This document shows positions 1 through 11,400 of a stretch of 64,000 nt of DNA, in pieces. The DNA comes from Macrostomum hystrix (lineage: Eukaryota; Animalia; Platyhelminthes), in the NCBI GenBank assembly GCA_950097015.1, contig CATNEN010000007.1, forward strand, positions 11,284,001-11,348,000. Direction: 5' to 3'. Under the pieces are notes generated by a model. That model did not search any database. It had not been told where the DNA came from and saw nothing but the letters and a program-made list of their open reading frames with translations. Every line of letters begins with the position of its first letter. Positions within the stretch are counted from its first letter, which is position 1. Position numbers and translations under genes: made by a program.

Positions 1-1181
1 AAAGTGCAAAATCTATCGTAATATTGGCAGAAAACTATTTTTTATGATTCCACATAAAATCAAAAAAAGAGCTCAAGACATAATTTACAGTCAGAGTAGT
101 AGTTGTTTTAAACCGTTTTCTTTTGTAAGTCCATGTTTCAATTAATACTTTCTTACTTGATTCCTCGAAAACACCTTATCGAAACCGAGATGTTGCTGCT
201 GCTCTAGGCAAGACTAGACTTGCCTAATTGCATAATATATTTTAATAGCGTAATCAGATACGTATTCATAGTTTCGTGTTTAGCATGCAGGAAAGCACTC
301 CAGAAGTTATCTGTGTCCATCGAAAAATCTAATTGTCTGCATCTGTCTCGTTTATCAAGTTTTCTCTGTTTTAGTTTATAGGCTTAGGGCCTTATAATTT
401 AAGAATTTAGATATATTGTTTTCAAACTTTAAAATCAGTTTAGAAAGCTTAAATGTTTCACACTCACAGGCACAGAATTCGTTAGGCCCTATACAGTACA
501 GGCAGTAAAAAGTGTAGAAAAATATTAAAACTATGTAAAAGGATAGGTATGCTTTGGCTAGGGCACTTCTTAATGAAATCCCATGACTTAGACTATAATT
601 CAAATGGCAATTTTTACAGTCTTTAATATTGATTTGTGGCAATTATAGCTTATTCATTTGAAGGTTAGGAAACAGACATGTTTGTATGTTCATTTTAAAT
701 GTTTTTCTTTTAAATTTAATACTGTCAATAATACTATGTCTATGCTAAGTATTGTCCCAGCCTTGTCCTAATTTGTCAACTTTCTTTAACTTAGTTTGGA
801 ACAACATACAAAACTCATATATTTAAAACCTGAAAACTGGTAAAAATGCATTGAGGAAAGCACTGAAAGTCATAATCAGGTAATATATTTGGAATATCAA
901 ACTCCTAACTATTATATGTTTATAATGTTTTTATTTCTTTGAAATTAGTCACATCAGTAACAGCTACTTTAGCATTGGAATTAACCAAAGTTATGATGCA
1001 ATTAATTTACTTTTAGGTAGAAAATTTAAATTTAAGTTAACACTATTTAGCCAGCATTGAAAAAATCATGAGAAAACCAATAACATAGGAGGTACAAGAT
1101 TCAGATAGTGTGAGTTCACACAATAACTAAAACTTGAATTTTAATTCTTAATTTCACTTAATATAATAAGAATAGCAAATA

Positions 1182-1270
1182 TAGGCTTTATCCTGAGTTG
1201 ATCTAGGCTTAATCTTGAGTTGATCTAGGCATAATCCTGAGTTGATCTATGCTTAATCCCAAGTTCATCC
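1182..1270. repeat. Minisatellite, 22-bp unit TAGGCTTAATCCTGAGTTGATC, ~4 copies
   Basis: Direct reading; ends just upstream of the HS6ST reading frame. Confidence 0.85.
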
Positions 1271-1314
1271 CATGAGCATTATGTCACCATGTAGTGGCCC
1301 TGGAATCCCCACAG

Positions 1315-2776
1315 CACCACCTCTGGTGCACTGGCCTTGTGCGCCATCTCTGGCGCCGACGCAGGCAGGCGGCCACTGTGGCTGTTGCCACCCTGCTGCT
1401 CCTGCTGGTTGGCAGCGCCTCACTAAGCTGGCCAGTGCTCGCGCCGCCTTCACATTCACGGCAGCAGCTGCTGTTCCAGCTGCCGCCATCGCCACTGGAA
1501 GCTGTCCCGCCGGTGGATCCATTCGACTCGAGCCGCGACGTCTTGGTGCTGCTGCACGTGCAGAAGACAGGCGGCTCGCACCTTAACCGTCAGCTCGTCA
1601 GCAACCTGCACCGGCCGGACATTAGCTGTCAGTGTGGCCGTGGTGGCGGCCGCCGCAGGCGAAAGTGGCGCTGCAACTGCCAGAATAGCGGGGGTGACCA
1701 GTGGCTGGTGAGCCGCTACAGCACCGGCTGGCTCTGCGGCCTCCACGCCGACTTCGCCGCCCTTTCCTCCTGCGCGCCCCTCCAGCTGTCGAAGATGGAC
1801 TCCCAGCCGGAGCGGCCGCGGCGCCTTCGCTACGTCACCATGCTCCGCCAGCCGGCTGACCGCTTCCTGTCAGAGTGGCAGCACGCGCGCCGCGGCGCCA
1901 CCTGGCGAAAGTCGCAGCCCACCTGCCGGGGCCGGCGGCCGGCGGCATGTCGAACAGGCGACGCTGGCTGGCGCGGCGTCTCCCTGACCGAGTTCGCCAG
2001 CTGCAGGGCCAACCCGGCGCTCAACCGGCAGGCGCGCATGCTGGCCAACTCGAGTCGCCTGCCCTGCCGGACCGTGTTCGGCAGTGGGAATCGGACCGCT
2101 GACCTCCTGCTGACTAGCGCCCTGCAAAACCTGGCTGGCATGGCTACTTTCGGATTGACTGAGTGGCAGGTGAGGCTTGAGTTCTCTTGGGATAATGAAT
2201 GACAGTAAAGGCATAAGATCTTGGGATTATAAAACGAGAACGTGAACTCAAGATTCGAAAGCGTTCCATCAAAGTTACCTGCCGTTCTGCCCGCCTACCG
2301 CGCAGATCCTGACGCAGTACCTGCTGACCCGTCGTCTCGGCCTGACCTTCAGTCGCCTGTTCTGGCAGTCGGACGCCACGGTGGCCTCGCACTGGCGCGC
2401 TGCCGCAGGCGTCAACCGCAGCCTGGTCGACGCCTCTGATCAGCAGCGTCGTCTGGCGGAGGCGGCGAATCCGGCGGACGCCCGGCTGTACGCGGCCGCC
2501 GAGCGGCTGTTCTTCGGTCACGCGCGGCGCCTCCTTGCCAGGGAGCCGCTGCTTACGGCCGCCCAGCGGGTCCGGATTCGAACAGGCGCCCAAGGCGACG
2601 AACTGACAACGCTGGCGCGCCGGGTGCTGCTGGCGCTGGGGGCGGTTGAGGTGGACGACGCGGAGAAGGCCGACATTCGGCGCCGGTTGCGCAAGAAGCT
2701 CCTGGCGGGTGGCGAAGATGAGGTTGACGGAGTCCGTCCCGGCGGAGGCGCGGAGGAATCCGAGACGAACGCGTGA
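1315..2776 (+). CDS. HS6ST: Heparan sulfate 6-O-sulfotransferase, type II Golgi membrane protein; exons ~1315..2169 and 2306..2776; 5' end unresolved (no in-frame ATG)
   Basis: Basic tail plus TM segment (RRRRQAATVAVATLLLLLVGS). PAPS-binding motifs HVQKTGGS and TMLRQPADRFLSEW, family motifs WLVSRYSTGWLCGLHAD, RGATW and NRQARMLA. Intron 2170..2305 (GTGAGG..CGCAG) joins FGLTEWQ in frame to ILTQYLL..F, matching the family pattern FGLTE.Q..TQYLF. Confidence 0.93.
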
Positions 2777-3395
2777 CGACCGCAAGAAGGAGAAGTAACT
2801 TCCGTTCATTTTTAAGGCGTTTATTTTTTCTGATGACCGAAAAATGTTAATGATAGTTCGCCAAATCTAACGCATGGAAACCGCTCTGGTTGTGTGTTTT
2901 CGCGCCCACAGGATGTACCAGTACGTAGTGCGAATCTCTGCCTTTGTACCGATATTTTGTTCATTCGATTGCTGCTAAATGCTGTTAAATATTTATGTTT
3001 AGCTCAATTCACGCAGTTGAATAAGATGACGAGGCGAAACTTACGGTTTCTCCCGCTGTTTACTCTATTGTTGACTAGAAGCAGTCAGTTTCGAAGAATT
3101 GGATTCTATAGCTGAAAAAACTGACTGCTTCTCATTGCCGCTCATAATACGTATATTTCGAAAGTGTTTACCTGTGCACGGCTGTTTGCAATTTTGCTTG
3201 CTCGCCTTATTGTATTGCGCAATGCACTTTAATGCTTCTCCGTTACTGTACTGTACACAGAATTCTGTACCTTTAGCTAGGTGACTGTTTTGTACTTTTT
3301 GCCTGCATATTCACTCCGCCACGCCTCCCAAATCCTGTATCAGATTATGTCAACTTCAGCTGATATACCTGCAGCATACTCCAGTATATCAGGAC

Positions 3396-3957
3396 CCTTC
3401 CACCGATCCTTCAGGTGCTCACAGCCATTCCCTCCACCGATCCTTCAGGTGGCAACAGCCATCCCCTCCACTGATCCTTCAGGTGGCAGCAGCCATCCCC
3501 TCCACTGATCCTTCAGGTGGCAGCAGCCATCCCCTCCACTGATCCTTCAGGTGGCAGCAGCCATCCCCTCCACTGATCCTTCAGGTGGCAGCAGCCATCC
3601 CCTCCACTGATCCTTCAGGTGGCAGCAGCCATCCCCTCCACTGATCTTTCAGGTGGCAGCAGCCATCCCCTCCACTGATCCTTCAGGTTGTCGCAGCCAT
3701 CCCTTCCACCGATCCTTCAGGTTGTCGCAGCTATTCCCTCCACTGATCCTTCAGGTTTTCACAGTCATCTCCTCCACCTATCCTTCAGGTTTTCACAGTC
3801 ATCTCCTCCACCTATCCTTCAGGTTTTCACAGCCATCTCCTCCACCTATCCTTCAGGTTTTCACAGCCATCCTCTCTACCGGTCCTTCAGGTGGCAGCAG
3901 CCATCCCCTCTACCGGTCCTTCAGGTGGCAGCAGCCATCCCCTCCACTTGCTTCAGG
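3396..3957. repeat. Minisatellite, 34-bp unit TCCACTGATCCTTCAGGTGGCAGCAGCCATCCCC, ~16 copies
   Basis: Direct reading; variants are arranged in blocks. Confidence 0.95.
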
Positions 3958-5431
3958 TAACTGGTCGCAGCCTTATGATGCATGAGTGTGCTTTATTCTG
4001 TCGAATGACATCCTTCATACTGAATGTCATTTTTTAAGTCTGGTTGCAAGCTAACTTGCCACGTCTCTAAAAATGCAAACATTTTGCTTGCCATATGCAA
4101 AATTGGTCACCCAGGAGTTGCAATGCTGACTGCTGTTGCTGTTTTGTTACTGCGCTCGCTTGTCTCTAAATGTCTCTGTCAGCAGAGAAAAGAATTTCGT
4201 GTTTGCTATCCGTGGCTTTTTGTCCTCGAACGAGTGGGGCGCTTTTGTGCGCAAGCTTTCCATAATTATAAGGGCAAACTTTTCATCCACATTGAATTGA
4301 AGCTGTTTTAGCGTGATGTGCTTAGCTGTAAGTCAGTGGATTATAAAATATGCTTAGTGGATTATCCGTTTTGGTCAGTAGATTGTCCGATTGTCCGAAT
4401 CCTGAAGCATGTACTCGAATTGATACAATTTTAGCTGTGCAAAATGCTGCCCCATCGACCCAATGCTTCGATTACGATTACGATTTTCATCTAGACAGGC
4501 AATGCTCTCTATTCTACGAGTATTTCTAATTCTCAATTACATAATGGCAATAGTGACAATTCGCGAATGCATTTTTATCACTGATTGCCCCCTGTGCTAA
4601 ACGAGTCTCCTTGTTTTGACCTGATGTTTCTGTTGGATGTCTTTTACATAGTTTCCCACGGCACGGGAGACATGCTGCTGTTTGTATAGTAGACTAGCAA
4701 TTGGCGCCCCCAGGCAGGGTCTGGCAGCGACCCCCCAATGAGGCTGGGGGCGCAGCTGTTACGCGAATTGCGCCACTGGAGTAAATCAATCAATTCTTAC
4801 AGAACTGCTGACTATACGTATTCAAAAAATATTAGCCTGGTTTCTTGTGTTGTATTTGATCGAGCTTCAGCGAAATGGAGCGCAATTGTATTCCTATGAA
4901 GGCGTGCTAGCCAGGCGTCCTAACGTTTTGCTAGATTTCAAGGGGGTGAGTGACGCAACGGTAGCGTGTCTTGATGCCCTTGCCGCGTACTCCAGCGAAG
5001 TCAGCAGAACCCGGCAGAATCAGCTCGCTTGCTGCGGATCTACTGTAACCAAATTGATGTTAGAAGCAGCTCGCATGTGAGATTGTGCATTTCACTATTC
5101 GCGTACATTGGACTTCTCCAGAGAAGGAGTTCCAATTTTAACTTCAGCGTTCTATGTGCATGGGTGCTTTCGCAGTTCTCGCTGTGCTGTATAATATATT
5201 ATTTCTTTCTGACTGGCTTTTGAAAAGCATTTAGATGTGCATATCAGAGTTTAGATACAACAGGTGGCGGTGCTCAGCGGGAGGGGGGCCGTGTTGGTTG
5301 ATCTTTAAAAGCGAGCAAAAGGAAATTGAAATTTGTATCATTTGAAACAGATGCAGATGCTTGTGGGTGCGAAGATTATATAGACTGAAAATAGTCAGCT
5401 AGCCATGCGTCCCGGCAAGATGCCTTATCAA

Positions 5432-8400
5432 TTAGGTATAGTCTATGTAGCCCTTCTCCCGGACTGGCGGCGGCGGCGGTGAACTGGTCTGGGGCAGCTT
5501 CTCCTTCGGCTTGCGGACCAGTCCGTAGCGATCAGTACTGGGGATGATGCCACCACTGAGGGCGTGGGGCCGCGGCGCCTCCCGGTGGACGGTCCGGTAG
5601 ACAGCGTGGAAGCCCTTGAAGCTGATGGTGTCGTCACTGCGGAACCGGATGTGTAGTTTCTGCCGGTTTGAGTAGATCAGACCGTCTGGGCCCTGAGGAT
5701 AAAGTGGTAATGGTGCTTATAGTGTTGCAGCATCGGCACTCCCAACTGAAATTGGCCAGCTCACAACTCAGACAATCTCGAGTCCTTTTTCTAATTACAA
5801 ACCATTGTCTCGCGCAAGTTGCCGCAGTAGCGACCGATCAGCACGCCATCGTCGTTTGCACCATCGAAGATGTCCACATAGTCATACCTACAGAGGAGAG
5901 CGGTGAAGACTATTGCCACAATTACCGATCGGGAGATCTCAGAGAATCCAACGGATATCTAATAGAGAAATCTCAGAGAATCCAACGGATATCTAATAGA
6001 GAAATCTCAGAGAATCCAACGGAAATCTAATAGAGAAATCTCAGAGAATCAAACGGATATCTAATAGAGAAATCTCAGAGAATCCAACGGATATCTAATA
6101 GAGAAATCTCAGAGAATCCAACGGAAATCGAACAGTTTTCTTTCATCTGGTTTGAGTTGGTCTCACTCACCCGCATTCGATCTCGTTTTCCAACTCGAAG
6201 GTCTCCATACTCAACACAATGACATCATCTGGTCTGGCCGCGCTGATAGTCCAGTTGCAGCTCTCCCTGGTGCCGTAGTCTTTGTCGCCGAAGCCGGCGT
6301 GGCTGTAGAAGCTCTTGTTTCTAGCCGTGGCTATGAGCTGGCCGCCGCAGACTGCTCGGACAAGGGATGGCTTGGCAGTGCGAGTTGCTGGTTTTCAGTG
6401 TGCTCGATTAATTGGTAAAAGGTTGTGGGTGCGCCTATGCGATTCAGGGATGCAGGGAAATGTTAAGGGGTGCTTGTAGAGATTCAGGGGTGCTGTTAGA
6501 GATTCAAGGGGTGCTGTTAGAGATTCAGGAGAGCTGTTAGATATTCAGGAGAGCTGTTAGAGATTCAGGGGTGCTGTTAGAGATTCAGGGGTGCTGTTAG
6601 AGATTCAGGAGAGCTGTTAGATATTCAGGAGAGCTATTAAAGATTCAGTAGAGCTGTTAGATATTCAGGAGAGCTGTTAGAGATTCAAGAGAGCTGTTAG
6701 ATATTCAGGAGAGCTGTTAAAGATTCAGGGGTGCTGTTAGAGATGTTCACGGGTGTATTTAAATTGAAAAAGCTACAGGTAAAGCTGCATCAGCAGTACT
6801 GACTGGACGAATGCTCCGCATTGAAACCCTTCCGCTGCAGTGAGGAGTCGCTGACGAAGCCCACGAACATTGTATTTCCAGTGCTGATGACCGGCGACGG
6901 CGGCATGGCGTCGCCGCAAAACAACCCGATCCGCATCGATGTGGCGTCGGGACCGTCGCGGATCTCCACATGGTCGAAGGCGCATTCGGGGTGGCGCTCA
7001 ATCTCGAAGTGCTTAAACACCTGAAGGATTGCAGGTAGGATCTGGGAATTGCAGGTAGGATCTGGGAATTGCGGGTAGGGATCTGGGAATTGCAGCTAGG
7101 GATCTGGGAATTGCAGCTAGGGATCTGGGAATTGCAGCTAGGGATCTGGGAATTGCAGCTAGGGATCTGGGAATTGCTGGTAGGGATCTGGGAATTGCTG
7201 GTAGGGATCTGGAAATTGCAGCTAGAGATAACGGCAAGTAGGGATTTGGGAACGGCAGGTAGGGATCTGGGAATTGCAGCTAGGGATCTGGGAATTGCAG
7301 CTAGGGATCTGGGAATTGCTGGTAGGGATCTGGGAATTGCTGGTAGGGATCTGGGAATTGCAGCTAGGGATCTGGGAATTGCTGGTAGGGATCTGGGAAT
7401 TGCAGCTAGGGATCTGGGAATTGCTGGTAGGGATCTGGAAATTGCAGCTAGAGATAACGGCAAGTAGGGATTTGGGAACGGCAGGTAGGGATCTGGGAAT
7501 TGCAGCTAGGGATCTGGGAATTGCAGCTAGGCATCTGGGAATTGCTGGTAGGGATCTGGAAATTGCATCTAGAGATAACGGCAGGTGGGGATCTGGGAAT
7601 GGCAGCAGCAGTCAGTGAATCAGGCTCACCAGTTTGATGCGGTGGCCTGGAGTTGTCTGAAAAACCCAGCTGCACCTCTTCTCCAGCGGGTACCGGCGGG
7701 GATAATTTGGGCTGGAGAAATTGCCGCTCAGCTTCGTGATTTGGTGCGTGCAGCCGCCCTCCTTGCACTGGTGGTTGCCATAGAGCACGTAGCCGCTGCG
7801 GCAGGCGCACATGTAGGAGCCGATTGTGTTCTTGCACAGCTGGTCGCAGCCGCCGTTCATCATGGCGCATTCGTCACGGTCCACCATGAAGCTGGCGGAG
7901 AAGCCGCCCTTGGCCACCTGGATCAGTTGGGGCGCGGTAGGAAATGAGGCAGAGTAAGGTAGATAATGAGGCAGGTGAGGTGGGTTTCCATAGATGACAA
8001 GGTATGTGATGTGGAGGAATGTTCACAGATCACGGAGGCTGAAGTCCCAACCGACCGTGCCATCGGAGATGAAGCTGATCTTCATGGTGTTGTTCTCGGA
8101 GGTGATGGACTCGGGCGGCTGGTCGCCGCAGTAACGGCCGATGCGCTTGGAGGTCCGGTCCTCGATGCCGTCGAAGATTTCCACGTAGTCATACTCGCAA
8201 CTCTGAGGTGCATGGAGAGTCAGTTTTTAGTCTCAATAATCGAATAGCTGAGTGAGATCACAATATTCAACAGCGGCAACTCACATCTCGGCCTTCGACA
8301 TCAAACGCCGTGAAGTTGAGCAGGATTTTGTGACCGGTTGGGGCCACAATGTTCCACTTGCAGTGCATGTTGGGCGGGTACTTATCTGGGTAGGAGGGCG

Positions 8401-11400
8401 AGGTCAGGTTACCCCGCAATGCAACCAGCGTGCCGCCGCAGGTGTCCTCGCAAGTGCGGCCGTCGTTTTTCAAGTAGAAGCCGGGCCGGCAGTCGCAGTG
8501 ATAGCTGCCCAAGGAGTTCACGCAGATGTGCTGGCAGCCGTTTTGCTGACCGCCTTGCAGCGCCGTGCACTCATCGTACTCTGCGGGTGGGTCACGCTGG
8601 GTCATAATGATCCTAATAGCCGTCTGGTGCCGTGGAGGGTCGATGCGGGCCATGGTGGGGCATTGTGTGTCATGTTGGGTCAAGGTGGGTCAAGATTGGT
8701 CAAGGTGGGTCGTGACGGGTCAAGATTGGTCAAGGTGGGTCGTGGCGGGTCAAGATTGGTCAAGGTGGGTTAGGGTTAGGGTTTGAGAGTTTCGTCTACC
8801 AAACAGGCTGGCTAGTTATTGTTCATTTTACAACAGGTGGGTCAAGGTGGGTCAAGATAGGTCAAGATGGGTTAAGGTGTGTCAAGGTTTGTCATGGTGT
8901 GTTATGGTGTGTCCGAGGACCACTGGCAGTAGAAGGACTGGAAACTGAGTTTCTTAGAAAAACTTTATCAGGTTGGCTTTCGCCGAAAATGCACTACGGT
9001 GATAGGAAATAGCAATTTGTCTGCACAAATTTAGTAGCTGTGTTTCATTGGAGACAGATCAAATGCTCGTATTTTGAATTTAGTTTCCTTTTTATAGCTT
9101 CATCTATTTCTGTCTAGCATCGATTTCATATTCCTGTTTTTCCCTTTCTCTATACATGCCCTTCCCTGTGCGTAAAAATATATTCAGCTCATTTTTGCTA
9201 GCTCTGCCGCGATAATGTTGCTATTAATATAGGCCTTGTAAAAATAGTAAGCCGATAAACTTTTCAAGAATAGAATTTTCGTTTGAGCAAAATGTTTAGT
9301 ACGAGTATGAGCACGTAATATTAAAAGAAAAGGTTTATATCCGTTTCCTAATAAAAATCCGATCACCATTCGAATGTGAAAAAGTGAAAGATGCCTAGCT
9401 TCGTGGAGTATTTTTTCGGCGAAAACCCCAATTCCCACTAGAGATTATTGGGTGTGTCATTGCGTGTCATGGTGGGTCTTGGTCAGGTCAGGTCAGATGT
9501 GTAGGGAAAAATATTTGTTGGCGCAGACGGGAAGGGGATATTGAAGTGTGGAGAGGTCGGAGGTGCTAGGAAACCAGCAGCTCACCCTTCTCGAAGATGG
9601 CCGCAAAGCCCATTTTGTTGACAGAGTTGTCTGACTTGAAGTGCACAGTCATCCGGTTGCCGCTGCTCTTCACCGCCTTCGGGACCGTCTCGCCGCAGAA
9701 CTTGCCAAGCGACACGCCGCCCTGCGCCCAGCCCTCCAGCACCTCCAAGAAGTCGTACACGCACATGTTGTGCATCTCCAGCTGCGGGCATGGGTGGCTA
9801 ACGTTTGTGCCATAGACGGTCATCGATGGGCCTTGCCGCGATGGCCTCGACGAAGATCGCAATTTTTTGTCACATTCATTGCTTCAAAGCAGCCGCAACT
9901 TTCAAAACCACTCCACCTCCTTCAAAACCACTCCACCTCCTTCAAAACCACTCCACATCCTTCAAAACCACTCCACCTCCTTCAAAACCACTCCACCTCC
10001 TTCAAAACCACTCCACCTCCTTCGAAACCACTCTGCACCTCCTTCAAAACCACTCCACCTCCTTCAAAACCACTCCACATCCTTCAAAACCACTCCACCT
10101 CCTTCAAAACCACTCTGCACCTCCTTCAAAACCACTCCACCTCCTTCAAAACCACTCCACATCCTTCAAAACCACTCCACCTCCTTCAAAACCACTGCAC
10201 CTCCTTCAAAACCACTCCACCTCCTTCAAAACCACTCCACCTCCTTCAAAACCACTCCACCTCCTTCAAAACCACTCCACCTCCTTCAAAGCCACTCCAC
10301 CTCCTTCAAAACCACTCCACCACCTTCAAAGCCACTTCACCTCCTTCAAAGCCACTCCACCTCCTTCAAAACCACTCCACCTCCTTCAAAGCCACTCCTG
10401 CTCCTTCAAAACAACTCCACCTCCTTCAAAACCACTCCACCACCTTCAAAACAACTCCACCACCTTCAAAACCACTCCTGCTCCTTCAAAACCACTCCAC
10501 CACCTTCAAAGCCACTCCACCTCCTTCAAAGCCACTCCTGCTCCTTCAAAACCACTCCACCTCCTTCAAAACCACTCCACCACCTTCAAAGCCACTCCAC
10601 CTCCTTCAAAGCCACTGCACCTCCTTCAAAACCACTCCACCACCTTCAAAACCACTCGACCTCCTTCAAAACCACTCCTGCTCCTTCAAAACCACTCCAC
10701 CACCTTCAAAGCCACTCCACCTCCTTCAAAGCCACTGCACCTCCTTCAAAACCACTCCACCACCTTCAAAGCCACTCCACCTCCTTCAAAGCCACTGCAC
10801 CACCTTCAAAACCACTCGACCTCCTTCAAAACCACTCCTGCTCCTTCAAAACCACTCCACCACCTTCAAAGCCACTCCACCTCCGTCAAAGCCACTGCAC
10901 CTCCTTCAAAACCACTCCACCACCTTCAAAGCCACTCCACCTCCTTCAAAGCCACTGCACCTCCTTCAAAACCACTGCACCTCCTTCAAAGCCACTCCAC
11001 CTCCTTCAAAGTCACTCCACCTCCTTCAAAGCCACTGCACCTCCTTCAAAGCCACTCCACCTCCTTCAAAGCCACTCCGCCACCTTAAAACCCACAATAT
11101 CCCCCGAAGCCAGACCTCGAAGGAGATGAACTTGAGCGCCACCGAGTAGCCGTTGGGCACCTCGATCTTCCAGACGCACTCCTTGTCGCCGCGGTAGGCG
11201 TTGGGATGATTCGGGCTGGAGATCTGGCCCTCCTCGCCTATGCGGTAGCCGCCGCAGATCACTGCGGGCAAATTTCATTGCTTTGTCTGTGTTCTGTAAA
11301 ATTGAATTCTGTCTCAAAACAATCACACTGAGCCAGTGCACTGCTCACTTGTGTACTGGGCGAGGAAGCCGCGGCTGCTGCTGCCGGGCGGCAGCCGGTA

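Noticed and set aside
8770-8781. TTAGGGTTAGGG telomere-like motif
   Set aside because: Only two copies, at the edge of a GGT-rich repeat; not enough for an interstitial telomere.
9641-11149. Long ORFs of 420-502 aa, and similar ones at 18248-19567, 25630-26661, 32876-34258, 37056-37880, 46389-47944 and 59357-60338
   Set aside because: These are translations of stop-free tandem repeats, open in several frames or on both strands, and most lie in introns of verified genes.
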